Positions 1-9,931 are shown, counted from the first letter of the stretch. The stretch: DNA of 64,000 nt from an uncultured Gemmatimonadales bacterium (GCA_963695555.1 CAVOGR010000007.1:128001-192000); one strand, 5' to 3'. The notes: a model not told the origin generated them from the sequence alone. Translations and numbers: made by a program.

Positions 1-187
1 GGGTCGTACGGGAGGCCACGAGCGGGGCATGGAGCCGCCGGGCAAGTTCCGCCGCGAGATCGAGCGCGCCCGGATCATATCCGCGATGGCTGGACAGGAC
101 CCGCTCGGCGGACGCGAACAGTGCGGCATAGCGCCGTGGAACGGTGTTGCCGCCGTGCTCGCACGACACCACCACGGCGCTAGGCAT
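1..187 (-). CDS. N-formylglutamate amidohydrolase family protein (5' part; runs off the window)
   Basis: Not in the ORF track. Manual translation from ATG 187 gives MPSAVVVSCEHGGNTVPRRYAALFASAERVLSSHRGYDPGA; the CEHGGN and HRGYD motifs are typical of the FGase family. The start overlaps the end of the GCS2 gene. Confidence 0.85.
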   Translation of the reverse strand, partial: MPSAVVVSCEHGGNTVPRRYAALFASAERVLSSHRGYDPGALDLAAELARRLHAPLVASRTT

Positions 188-1424
188 GTGGCCTGAGCTG
201 CCTCCCCTCGGAAAGACACGCCGCCAACTCCCGGTAGAGCAATACCATCCCGTCGCGAGACGGTCTGGTGCCCAGCCGGGCCAGCATGCGACGGGCAAGG
301 CATCCGTCGCGCCCGATGACCTCGAGCGACCCATGTAACTCGGGCGGGATGGTATCGTTGGCGCAGTATCGCTCCGCCAGCACTCGCCACACTTGCCCGA
401 CTGTACGGCTCGGCGCGCCGCCACATCCCAGCAGGGTCAGGTAGTCGTCGTCCGGAACCGGTGCCGCGCCAGCCTGGTGGATGGTCGACTCCAGGAGCGC
501 CCGCAACGCGGCACCCGGATAATCACGCTGCTCCGTCCACCGGCTGGCCTCCTCCGTGGCAAGCGTCTCGACCACCGCCGATACGAGTGCCGCGATGGCC
601 ACGTCGGCCTGGGGACATTCCTGCATGTCGATCACCCGGATCTCGACCGTGCCTCGGTCGAACCGGGCGATGGCACCCCGAGCGTTGACCCACTCGTCCC
701 GCAAGATCCCTTCGGGATCGAGCGGCGCCAAGTCGCGGTAGATGGGTTCCAGGATGCGTTCATGGTATTCCGCTTCCGATTCGACCGGTTCGGGAATCAC
801 TGCGCCGGCAATGGACGGAATCCGGGCGGCATTCGACTGATAGACCGCGAGCCGGGTGTCGAGCGAGCCGCTGACCGCGCCGTCCGCGATGGGCGTGCTC
901 GCGGCGAGGGCGGGAATGATGGGCAGCACCAGTCGAATAGCCGAGTGCAGCCTGGCAAACTCAGCATCATCGGAAAACGGCAGGTTGACGTGAACGCTTT
1001 GGAGATTGGCCCACCCGTGGCGGGCGCAATCGAACAGGCGATCGAATGCGGCGTACACCTCGTGGAATTCGTGGGGCCACATACGGAACTCCTGCCGGGG
1101 GTCCATCCAGGGATGGGTGCCCGTCGGAAGGAGCCGTGAGCGCCACGGCTCGAGCCGTTCGTTGATGTAGACGACTTCGCCCTGGAATTGATCCGCGAGC
1201 CCAGCGAGCGTGTCGACCGGCCCATTGGTCTTGAGCTCGATCAGATGGAGCGCCAGCTCGTTGGACCAGCCCATGTTGCCGCGCTCGACATCGCACACGA
1301 TGGCACCGGCCTCGGCTTCGAGCAGCCGGTCGGCAATGGGACGCACGGCGAGAGACTCGGCATCGACAATCATGTACTCGAGCTCGATCCCGATTGCCTC
1401 GAACAGGCCGAGACGGGCGGTCAT
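180..1424 (-). CDS. Glutamate--cysteine ligase family 2 (GCS2) carboxylate-amine ligase
   Basis: Motifs GIELEYMIVD, ELALHLIELKT, QSVHVNL and NARGAIARFDRGTVEIR. ATG 1424 overlaps the upstream TGA (ATGA). The ORF track fuses it to the RimK-like gene only because of a frameshift. Confidence 0.88.
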   Translation of the reverse strand: MTARLGLFEAIGIELEYMIVDAESLAVRPIADRLLEAEAGAIVCDVERGNMGWSNELALHLIELKTNGPVDTLAGLADQFQGEVVYINERLEPWRSRLLPTGTHPWMDPRQEFRMWPHEFHEVYAAFDRLFDCARHGWANLQSVHVNLPFSDDAEFARLHSAIRLVLPIIPALAASTPIADGAVSGSLDTRLAVYQSNAARIPSIAGAVIPEPVESEAEYHERILEPIYRDLAPLDPEGILRDEWVNARGAIARFDRGTVEIRVIDMQECPQADVAIAALVSAVVETLATEEASRWTEQRDYPGAALRALLESTIHQAGAAPVPDDDYLTLLGCGGAPSRTVGQVWRVLAERYCANDTIPPELHGSLEVIGRDGCLARRMLARLGTRPSRDGMVLLYRELAACLSEGRQLRPHA

Positions 1425-2897
1425 AACGTGGCCGGGGCCACGCCTCGTTCGTCGAGCTTGGTCCGGAAGTACTGCATGATGGCCAGGTACAGCTGGTCCC
1501 CCAGGATGATGTCCTCGTACCCGGCGTCGATGGAGGGGTTGTCGTTGATCTCGATGATCCGGAACTTCCCGTCGATCTCCTTCACGTCCACTCCGTAGAG
1601 TCCGTCGCCAACCAACGAGGCGGCCTTGACGCCCAACTCGACGGCGCGCGCCGGCGCGTCCTCGAGCGCGACCGCCTCGACCTCGCCCATACCGGCGCCG
1701 ACCGGTGCGCCCACTGATGATCTGCCAATGGCCCCGTGCCATGTGGTATTTGCAGACATAGAGCGCTTCGCGATTCAAGACGCCAATCCGCCAGTCGAAC
1801 CCGGTCGGCAGCCATTCCTGCACGATGGCCAGGTCGGACTGCTCGAACACCTGCTTCAGACACTCCACGAATTGATCGTGTCCCTGCTCGATCTTGATGA
1901 CCCCCTGCGAGAACGAGCTGTCCGGCAGCTTCACGACGCAGGGGAACCCGATGGCGGCGGCCACCTGCTCGACATTGTCCTCATGAACCACCATGGTCTT
2001 CGGACACGGCAGCTCATAGCGGTCGAACAACTCCGCCTGGTACACCTTGTTGGAGCACCGGATGATCGACTCGGGGTCATCCACGACGATCAGCCCCTCG
2101 GTCGCGGCACGCTGGGCAAACCGGAAGGTGTGGTGGTTGACCGACGTCACTTCCCGAATGAACAGGGCGTCGAATTCCGCAATGCGGCCGTAGTCCTCGG
2201 GACCGATGACGCTCGCCGCGATTCCTACTTCCTGGGCCGCCGTGATGAATTTCTTGATCGAACGCTCCCAGGACGGTGCGTTTTCATCGAGGGGGTTCCA
2301 GAGAATCGCGAGATCGTAGCGGGCAACCTGGGGCTTCGCTCGGCGCGCGTGTTTCGGCTTGGCGAAGTACCGCCCCGCCTCGGCCTCCACGAAATCCTGG
2401 TGGGCTTCGGGGATTTCGCTGGTCGCGATGGGGCGGAGGCCCTGCAACTTCCAGCGCGCGTCCTCCAGGACAAAGCTGGCGCGGAGCAACGGCGCGGGAA
2501 ACTGATTGAAGAGCGCACGGCTCAGCCGATCGTAGCGCTTCGCAAGGTTGCGCCCGAAGTAGATGCTCAACTCGAACGATTCGGACTTGAGCGGCGCCAG
2601 GTTCCGTTGGATCAGATCGTCCAGATCCTCTCCCACGATGCGCAAGATGGGCGAGAGCTGGAGCGCCTGGATGGTGGCCACCGAGGGCATGGGCTTGTGC
2701 CCCCGAGCGGCGGCCAGCAGCGAGACGTAGTAGCCGAGTCCTTGATAGCCGTACCGGCGGCAGAGGTTGTACACCGTGGTTCGGCGCAGTTCGGCGTAGC
2801 GCGGATCGGTTAGATAGGCGCGAGCCGAGACGACCTCCACGTCGGGAATCGTGAAGTGCCACCGCTTGGTGTTCTCGATGACGATGAGGGGCTTCAT
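1421..2897 (-). CDS. RimK-family ATP-grasp ligase with N-terminal RLAN domain (apparent +1 frameshift at 1686-1688)
   Basis: N-terminal NLCRRYGYQGLGYYVSLLAAARGH; ATP-grasp motifs VKLPDSSFSQGV and QEWLPTGFDWRIG. The C-terminus GLYGVDVK...EINDNPSID lies in another frame (ORF 1421..1759); removing one G from GGG restores a continuous frame. Confidence 0.88.
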
Positions 2898-3619
2898 ACC
2901 TGGTTGGGAGAGGGCTCGATGACGAGCAGGTTGGCATCGTAGGTCAGTGCGCCGAGCAGGACCGCACCGAGCAGTCGTTGGATGCCGACGGGGTAATAGT
3001 GCGTACCGAACCGTGGGTTGTCCTGCAATGGGTCTGCGACCAACGCCTCATCGGAATCCAGATCGTACCCGTAGAGCACCACGAAGTGCCCGGCGGGTGC
3101 TCCCCGAATATCGTCGTAGTGGATCTTGATCTCGCCTCGCTCGCGGGCGCAGCCGAACAGGTACGTGGCGCTGAGCCCCGTCAGCACCGGATGACCCCGG
3201 TTCAGGTACCGTCGGATCAGATCGGGGTTCAGTTCCTCGAATCGGATTCGCCCGCCCAACTCGAGGAACCGCAGGTAGGCCTTGGTCGCAAAGCGGAGCT
3301 TGGTCGTGCGCTTGGCCTTGGCCTGCGCTTTCAGCCGGTCAGTCAGATCGACCCCACCGTCGACAAACCAGCTCGGGTCGAACACGGTGAGGTTGTAGGT
3401 GAAAATGGTTGCCTGGTAACCGCGCTCGAGCGCGTGGTGCGCCAAGAGCACCGATAGGGTCCCCCCGCCCTTCAGCGGCTTGACCTCGTCGATCACCTGA
3501 CGCAGCGGCAGGTGATCGCCGTAATACCGATAGACCGCGTGCAGGCAGGTCGGACCACAGGTGATGTCGTCCGGCTGCGGCAGGATTTCGAGCGTGAGCT
3601 TGGGGCTGCTAGGGTCCAT
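2894..3619 (-). CDS. Peptidase C39-like (papain-fold) protein
   Basis: QPDDITCGPTCL (Gln...Cys), GHFVVLYGYD (His), ADP (Asp). ATGA overlap with the RimK-like gene. Confidence 0.85.
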   Translation of the reverse strand: MDPSSPKLTLEILPQPDDITCGPTCLHAVYRYYGDHLPLRQVIDEVKPLKGGGTLSVLLAHHALERGYQATIFTYNLTVFDPSWFVDGGVDLTDRLKAQAKAKRTTKLRFATKAYLRFLELGGRIRFEELNPDLIRRYLNRGHPVLTGLSATYLFGCARERGEIKIHYDDIRGAPAGHFVVLYGYDLDSDEALVADPLQDNPRFGTHYYPVGIQRLLGAVLLGALTYDANLLVIEPSPNQV

Positions 3620-3666
3620 TGGCTATTGGCTATTGGCTATTGGCTATTGGCTATTGGCTATTGGCT
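3618..3666. repeat. Perfect heptamer tandem repeat (ATTGGCT)x7
   Basis: Seven exact copies counted directly; the first copy overlaps the start codon of the C39-like gene. Confidence 0.97.
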
Positions 3667-3720
3667 GGCCAAGAAGCTAGCGCAGTCGACTGCCGGCCGA
3701 TAGCTGGTAGCTGCTAGATC

Positions 3721-3790
3721 TTGCCGTCTTCCCGCCTCCCTGCCTACTCCCCACTCCCCACTCCTCGCTCTTCCCGCCTTCCCGCCTCGC
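3721..3790. repeat. Degenerate C-rich 7-8-mer repeats (CTTCCCGC / CTCCCCA)
   Basis: CTTCCCGCC occurs three times and ACTCCCC twice in the intergenic region. Confidence 0.6.
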
Positions 3791-3850
3791 CGTGTGCAAA
3801 TCTCCCCCCTAGACGCATCTCCCGCGCGAACAGTCACTCAGGAGGACGAA

Positions 3851-6118
3851 ATGTACCGCCAACTGACGCTCGTTGCCGCCCTGACGGTGGGGGCCGCGAC
3901 GGCCTTGCCCGCCCAGGGGTGGGTTGAACTCGAGACCCCCCGGAGGCCCGGCATCGTCATGGGGCCGGTCGTTCGGGTGAGTTCCAACGTCCGGACCACC
4001 ATCGACGGGCGCGTCGCCCGGGTCGAGGTGGAAGAGCAATTCCGAAACACCGGTCCCCGCATCGCGGAGGGCAGTTACCTGTATCCCCTACCCAAGAACG
4101 CCGTGTTCAGCGACTTCTCGCTCTGGATGGGCGATCAGGAGATCAAAGGCGAGATCATGAATGCCGGTGAGGCGCAGCAGATCTACGAGGACATCGTGCG
4201 CCGCCTGAAGGACCCCGCCCTGCTTTCCTTGGAAGGCCACGGTCTCATTCGTGCTCGGGTTTTCCCCATCCAGACGGGCGAGACCCGGCGGGTCAAGCTG
4301 CGCTACACCCAAGTCCTGGAACGGGCCGGCGACGCCATGCGGCTGCGTTACAGCATCGGGCCGCGCCATCACGGACCCGAGCACGGTCACGGTGGAACCG
4401 AGTCATCGTTCCGCGATGACTTCAGCTATGAGGTGAGCGTTCCGAGTGCGAACGATATCGGAACGCCCTATTCGCCGACCCACCCGATCGAGACCGAACG
4501 ACGGAATGGCCGGTTGATCGTCACGTTGAGTCCCGACGCTACCGGCGACGTGGACCTCTTCATTCCACTCCGCCGCGGTCTGGTCGGCACCAGCATCCTG
4601 ACCCACGCCCCTGGCGGTGAAGACGGGTTCTTCATGCTGTTGCTCGCCCCACCGCACAACGAGGCAGGCCAAGCGGTGCCGCGCGATCTCTCGCTGGTAG
4701 TGGACATCTCGGGATCGATGTCGGGGGACAAGCTGGAACAGGCCAAGCAGGCGTTGACTCAGGCGCTGGGGACGCTCGGCCCGGCGGACCGGTTCCGGCT
4801 CGTGGCGTTCTCCTCGAGTATCCGGCATTTCCGTGACGGGTTCACCCCTGCCACGGCGGCCAATCTTGCCCAGGCGCGCCGATTCGTGGCAAATCTGACC
4901 GCAACCGGCGGCACCAATATCGCCGGGGCGCTCGACGCTGTGCTCGGCAGCGCGGTCGCCGAGGACCGGTTGCCCATCATCGTGTTCATGACCGATGGGT
5001 TACCCTCGGTCGGCGAGCGGGAACCCGATCGGATCGCCGAAGCAGCGTCTAGCCGGATCGGACGCGCGCGCATCTTCACCGTCGGCGTTGGCCACGACGT
5101 CAACACCTATCTACTCGACCGGCTCGCGGTCGAGGGGCGCGGCAGCGCCGAATACGTCGCACCCGATGCCGACGTGGAGGTCGCGGTAGGATCACTGCTC
5201 TCCAAGATTCAATTCCCGGCGCTGGTCAATCTGCGGATCGTCAGCTCGCCGGTCGAGTTCCGCCAAGACTATCCGGCCGAGCTTCCCGACTTGTTCTACG
5301 GCGAGGAACTGGTGGTGTTCGGACGGTATCATGGCCAGGCCACCGGAACCGTAGTGATCGAAGGCGAGCGGAACGGTCGTCGAGAGCGGTTCACTGCCCG
5401 GGCAGCCTTTCCACGCAGCGAGCATGACAACGACTACATCCCGCGGCTCTGGGCCGCGCGGAGAATCGGCGACCTGACTCGGACCATCCGGATCGAAGGA
5501 TCGACTCCCGAGTTGATCAACGAAGTGCGGGACCTGGGCCTTCGGTACGGCATCATCACGGAGTACACCTCCTACCTGGTGCTCGAACCGGGCATGCAAC
5601 CCGGAGTAGCCCGGGACGACATGCGCGCGAACGCGCCCATGGCTCCAGCCCTCGAAGGTGGCGCACGCCAGGCCCGGGCCCAAACCGGGAAGGACGCGTT
5701 CAAGCGAGCGGAGGCCAGTTCCGAGATGGCGAGTGCCAAGACCCTGGCCGCGGCGGACGCCGTCGCAGAAAACCGCATGCGGGCCATAGGCGGTCTGTCG
5801 GATGAGCGGGAGGGAGATGCGGTGAACGCCCGCGAGGCGCAGGTTCGCCGAGTAGCTGGCCGCCTGTTCGTGCGGCACGATGCGACGTGGACCGACGCCC
5901 GGCACAGCGACAGCCTGGGAATCATCGAGGTGGCACCCTTCAGCGATGCCTACTTTGCCCTGGCACGAGCGTTGCCGGAGATTCGACCCTACCTTTCAAT
6001 CGACGGCAGCGTGGTGATCGCCGGCCAGCGGGCCAGCATCAAGGTCACCGATTCAGGTGCCACATCCATGTCAGAGCGTCGCATCAACCAGGTGGTTCGC
6101 ATGTTTCGAGGGACATGA
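3851..6118 (+). CDS. Secreted VIT + von Willebrand factor A domain protein
   Basis: GGAGGA SD before ATG 3851; signal peptide; VIT region (VEVEEQFRN...EGSYLYPLP...RVFPI); MIDAS motif DISGSMSG; MTDG. Confidence 0.9.
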   Translation: MYRQLTLVAALTVGAATALPAQGWVELETPRRPGIVMGPVVRVSSNVRTTIDGRVARVEVEEQFRNTGPRIAEGSYLYPLPKNAVFSDFSLWMGDQEIKGEIMNAGEAQQIYEDIVRRLKDPALLSLEGHGLIRARVFPIQTGETRRVKLRYTQVLERAGDAMRLRYSIGPRHHGPEHGHGGTESSFRDDFSYEVSVPSANDIGTPYSPTHPIETERRNGRLIVTLSPDATGDVDLFIPLRRGLVGTSILTHAPGGEDGFFMLLLAPPHNEAGQAVPRDLSLVVDISGSMSGDKLEQAKQALTQALGTLGPADRFRLVAFSSSIRHFRDGFTPATAANLAQARRFVANLTATGGTNIAGALDAVLGSAVAEDRLPIIVFMTDGLPSVGEREPDRIAEAASSRIGRARIFTVGVGHDVNTYLLDRLAVEGRGSAEYVAPDADVEVAVGSLLSKIQFPALVNLRIVSSPVEFRQDYPAELPDLFYGEELVVFGRYHGQATGTVVIEGERNGRRERFTARAAFPRSEHDNDYIPRLWAARRIGDLTRTIRIEGSTPELINEVRDLGLRYGIITEYTSYLVLEPGMQPGVARDDMRANAPMAPALEGGARQARAQTGKDAFKRAEASSEMASAKTLAAADAVAENRMRAIGGLSDEREGDAVNAREAQVRRVAGRLFVRHDATWTDARHSDSLGIIEVAPFSDAYFALARALPEIRPYLSIDGSVVIAGQRASIKVTDSGATSMSERRINQVVRMFRGT

Positions 6119-6615
6119 GTCTCGACATCGGTCAGCTGTACCAAGAGTACCACGGGTCCCTCGTCCGGATGCTGTACCGCCGGACGGGGGATCCGGACCG
6201 GGCGGAGGACCTGGCACAGGAGGTCTTCGCTCGGGCGGTGCAGACTCCGCCCAGGAATCCGCGACCGTGGCTGTTTGCAGTCGCGCTCAACCTGGTGCGG
6301 GAGGACGGACGCAAGGCGGTGCGACAAGGCCGTCGACTCGAACTCTACCGGGCGGAGACGGCTCGTTCCGCACCGGCGCCGGACACGGAGGTGGAACGGG
6401 ACGAGCAAATCGCTGAAGTCCGTGCCGCGCTCGATGTGCTGACCGAGCGCGATCGCGAGGCGCTGCTGCTCAAGGCGGAAGGGTTCAACTACGAAGAGAT
6501 CGCCGCGACGCTAGGGCTGGCAAAGGGAGCCGTGGGAACAACACTCGCACGGGCCCGCCGCCGATTGGTCGAGGCGTATCACGGTGAAGGACGGAAAGAC
6601 AATGCCGCACCCTGA
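6115..6615 (+). CDS. ECF RNA polymerase sigma factor
   Basis: AEDLAQEVF, WLFAVALN, and sigma4 HTH YEEIAATLGLAKGAVGTTLARARRRL. ATGA overlap with the vWA gene. Confidence 0.92.
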   Translation: MSLDIGQLYQEYHGSLVRMLYRRTGDPDRAEDLAQEVFARAVQTPPRNPRPWLFAVALNLVREDGRKAVRQGRRLELYRAETARSAPAPDTEVERDEQIAEVRAALDVLTERDREALLLKAEGFNYEEIAATLGLAKGAVGTTLARARRRLVEAYHGEGRKDNAAP

Positions 6616-7885
6616 AGAAGGAATGTTCCACGCGTTGCTCGACGGGGAGTTGACTCCCGACGAGGTGCGCATCATCGAAGCCCACATGGCGTCGTGCGCT
6701 GCGTGCGCCGCGCGGCTCGAGGACGTGCGTGCCATCTTCGACGAATCCACGGCCCTGGTGGACCGGCTGGAACTACCCGAACGAAAAGCCTCGGGTTCCT
6801 CCGCGCCACCACTCGACCTGGTTCGCGCCAAGCGAGCTCGGACCATCCCGAGGCAACGGCTCCGCACCTTGGCATGGGCGGCCACAGTGGTCATCGCCGC
6901 CGGCGCAGGCTACCTGGCGAGCGATTGGCGTCACCGCGTACCCGGTCAAACACCGGCCTCGGCGATGAATGAGAGGGGCCAAGTTCCAGCCGTTTCCACT
7001 GAGCAGGCGTTGGGTGATCGAGCCGCCGACTCGCCGGGCGACGAAGCTGCGCAGCGCGTGGCCCAGGCAGACCTCCCGAGCGTTGGCGCGGCGCGGCCTC
7101 TCGAACGAGAGCAGGAGCGGGCCATGGACCGGAGAGCTGCCGCACCGGTGCCCGCCACCCCGGCGCCGGTCGATGCCGTGGTGGGCGGCGCGGCCCAAGG
7201 TGGAGCGGCTCGAGGCAACGTGAGCGGCGAGCCCGAACTCGAGTCTCCCGCAGCGCGGCGTGACCGCCTCGCCCAGGTCGCGAGGGCCGAGGAGCGCGAC
7301 GCGGGGCGCGCCGCCGATGCGCCGGCGGTCCAAGCACCCGGAGCGGATGCCGCCGCATCGCGGGCCGCTGTCTCGGGGCTGGTCGAGGACGCCCGGCGCG
7401 AGGGCGATTTTGCGAAGGCGGCCCAGGCGGCGCCGGCCGAAGGATTCCGGGCCCAGGTGACTCCGCCCCGACCCGTAACATTGGAGGACGCGGTCGACGC
7501 GTTGAACGGCGCCATCCGTCTCGTTGATGGTGCCTCGCTCACCCGCGTCGAGACGAGCGATCCGCCGGCCGTGCCCTGGGCCGAGGTCGAGGGTCCGCTG
7601 GTCAGGGTGGTCTATCGACTCGAAGGCGCGGAGGTCGTGCTCAGTCAGGTTCGGATAAATCCGGGACGCGAGGCAGTCGCGGAACGAGCCGCCGCCAAGC
7701 GTGCGCTGGACGCCGTTGGGGATGTCGGCACGGTTCCACACCTTGCTCCAGGTGATACCCTCGTTGTGGCAGAACCCGGCGGCGGGTACCGGGTGTGGTG
7801 GCTGGACGGTTCCCGCCGGATCCTGTCACTGTCGGGGCCACTCGGCCAAGATGCCCTGAAACGGATCGTCGATCGAATCCGCTAG
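6602..7885 (+). CDS. Zinc-binding (zf-HC2/ZAS) membrane anti-sigma factor, paralogue 1
   Basis: LLDGEL...HMASCAAC; one TM helix; Ala-rich linker; C-terminal domain shared with the next two genes. Confidence 0.85.
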   Translation: MPHPEEGMFHALLDGELTPDEVRIIEAHMASCAACAARLEDVRAIFDESTALVDRLELPERKASGSSAPPLDLVRAKRARTIPRQRLRTLAWAATVVIAAGAGYLASDWRHRVPGQTPASAMNERGQVPAVSTEQALGDRAADSPGDEAAQRVAQADLPSVGAARPLEREQERAMDRRAAAPVPATPAPVDAVVGGAAQGGAARGNVSGEPELESPAARRDRLAQVARAEERDAGRAADAPAVQAPGADAAASRAAVSGLVEDARREGDFAKAAQAAPAEGFRAQVTPPRPVTLEDAVDALNGAIRLVDGASLTRVETSDPPAVPWAEVEGPLVRVVYRLEGAEVVLSQVRINPGREAVAERAAAKRALDAVGDVGTVPHLAPGDTLVVAEPGGGYRVWWLDGSRRILSLSGPLGQDALKRIVDRIR

Positions 7886-7967
7886 GCCTGTCTCGGTCCT
7901 CGCCCGGCACCGGTCCCGCGTGGTATCTTTGTAGGACCCTTTTGATTCAGGACCAGACGCGCGGACG

Positions 7968-8921
7968 ATGGACCACGTCACCGAAGAGACCCTCAGGAGC
8001 CTCCTGGAGAACCGGATGAGCCGGGTCGCCCAGGCACAGGTGCGTCATCACATCAGCACCTGCTTCCGCTGCGAGGAAAAGCTGCGGGAGTGGCGGGCAT
8101 CCATCGACGCACTGAGTGACCCTTCGGAGAAGGCCAGGACGCCCTACCCCAAGACCGAGGCCGCAGCGCCGACCATCCTGGTTCCAGCGCAGCCTGTCCT
8201 TCTATCGAAGCATTCGCGATGGGCCGTCCGAACGGTGTTGGCGGTCGTGGCGGTGATCGCCGTGGCCTTATTGGTCGAGACCATCAGGCAAGACCGCCAA
8301 CAAGAGGGTAGCGAAGGAGCCCAGGCAGGATCGCTCATCCAGCGAAGCCAGGCGGCTCTTCAAGCCGGTATGGACAGCACGCTCGCCGCCCGGGGCTCTG
8401 CCCTCCCGGTACCTCCGACCGACAGCGGCACATCGCAGGAGCCCATCGCTACGCCACCCGCCCCGGCCAAGCCGACCGATCTGGCTCGGCCGGACAGTTC
8501 GAAATCAGCCCCTTTGGCACCCGAAGTGGCTCGGGAGCCCACGGCACCGAGCGTCACCGGCCCTGGGTTCAGCCGATTGACGGTGAGCGAGGCCATTGAG
8601 CGCACCGGAGGGCCGGTGCTCTTGATTCGGGGCCTCCTGCCGGACCACCTCGAAGTTGCCCCGGCAAGGGCGGTCCCGGGCGCCCTGCCCGGAAGCGAGG
8701 TGCTCCGCGTGGTCTACCGGGAGCCGGGCGGCCGAATCCTGTTGTTGGACCAGCAGAAGATCCCCGAGGCCTACCGCTCCGGGCTTGCTGCCGACACCCT
8801 CATCGATTCCGAACCGGGCGGGTCGTCTCTCGCCATCTGGGTCAGCGGCGAGACCCGCGTCACCCTCTCGGGCCGGATAGACCCCGAAACCCTCATGGTC
8901 TTCGTGCGCCGGGTCGACTAG
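7968..8921 (+). CDS. ZAS anti-sigma-like membrane protein, paralogue 2
   Basis: HISTCFRC; TM VLAVVAVIAVALLV; Pro-rich linker; shared C-terminal domain. Confidence 0.8.
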   Translation: MDHVTEETLRSLLENRMSRVAQAQVRHHISTCFRCEEKLREWRASIDALSDPSEKARTPYPKTEAAAPTILVPAQPVLLSKHSRWAVRTVLAVVAVIAVALLVETIRQDRQQEGSEGAQAGSLIQRSQAALQAGMDSTLAARGSALPVPPTDSGTSQEPIATPPAPAKPTDLARPDSSKSAPLAPEVAREPTAPSVTGPGFSRLTVSEAIERTGGPVLLIRGLLPDHLEVAPARAVPGALPGSEVLRVVYREPGGRILLLDQQKIPEAYRSGLAADTLIDSEPGGSSLAIWVSGETRVTLSGRIDPETLMVFVRRVD

Positions 8922-9010
8922 CCGGGAGAAGAGGACCCGGTCCGATCGCCCGTCATTGGGGCCGTGAGCTAGATCACGGCCCCTTTTTCTTGCCAGCGAC
9001 ATCATAAGGT

Positions 9011-9913
9011 ATGAAGCACCCCCCCGACGACGCCCAGGCCCACCTCGACCACCTGGAACTGGCTGCGGCCGTCGCGGGAAGGCTGGATCAGGTTAGCACA
9101 CAGCGTCTGGTGCGGCATCTCCAGCAATGTGAAGCCTGTGCCACCGAGGCATACGCATGGGGTATCCACCTCGATGACGAGGGCAACTTGAAGACGAGCC
9201 AGCCGTCCTCGATGACGGGTCCTCATCGGATCCTCTTCCCCGTGGGTCATGCCGGCTACGACATGCCGACCCGGAGGCCGAAGCGCTCTCCGGCCGTGTG
9301 GTTGGCGGGGGTCTTGGTCATTACGGCGCTGGGGGCGGCGCTGTTGCTGCTGCCGCGGGCCGACGCGTCGGGGCCGTTGGTCGCCCACGATTCATCCGCG
9401 CCCGCCGCCCGGGGCTCCACGAGTCTGCTCGCCGGCATGTCGCCGCCCATCGTCGCGGACGTACCCTCTCTCTCCTCAGACCAAGAGTTCCCGGCGTCAG
9501 TGGCGCGAGCGATGGTGACGGCAGAGGTCGTGACCATGCCGCAGTTCCGGGTCATCACCCCGGAAGAGGCCAAGGCCAGGCTCGCCGGGTCACTCCGGAC
9601 CATTCCCGCCCTGACGCTGACGCGGGTCGAACTCGGGCCCGGCGCCGCCGTGCCGCTCGCGCTGCCCGACATCGAGGTGGTTCGCCTGGTCTATCAGTCT
9701 CCGGCTGGGGATCTGTTACTGCTCGATGAACAGCGGCTGCCGGTGAGCGCGGACCTTGGCGACGTGGGCATCGCGCCGGGCGACACGCTCATCTACAGCG
9801 ACACGCGAGGCATCACCGTCGCAACCTGGCTTGCAAGCCGCACACTCAGACTGTCGCTCGCGGGGCAAATGGATCATGAGGCCATCCGCCAAGTCATGAC
9901 CGGCATCCGGTAG
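9011..9913 (+). CDS. ZAS anti-sigma-like membrane protein, paralogue 3
   Basis: HLQQCEAC; TM WLAGVLVITALGAALLLL; shared C-terminal domain. Confidence 0.8.
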   Translation: MKHPPDDAQAHLDHLELAAAVAGRLDQVSTQRLVRHLQQCEACATEAYAWGIHLDDEGNLKTSQPSSMTGPHRILFPVGHAGYDMPTRRPKRSPAVWLAGVLVITALGAALLLLPRADASGPLVAHDSSAPAARGSTSLLAGMSPPIVADVPSLSSDQEFPASVARAMVTAEVVTMPQFRVITPEEAKARLAGSLRTIPALTLTRVELGPGAAVPLALPDIEVVRLVYQSPAGDLLLLDEQRLPVSADLGDVGIAPGDTLIYSDTRGITVATWLASRTLRLSLAGQMDHEAIRQVMTGIR

Positions 9914-9931
9914 CCCACACTCGCTCCACCC

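Noticed and set aside
180..2897. 905-aa RimK-GCS2 fusion protein in the ORF track
   Set aside because: The linker is out-of-frame Arg/Gly-rich text. The true RimK C-terminus is in another frame and ends in an ATGA overlap with GCS2, so a 1-nt insertion explains the fusion.
3618..3666. CRISPR array
   Set aside because: Contiguous 7-mer units with no spacers, and no cas genes.
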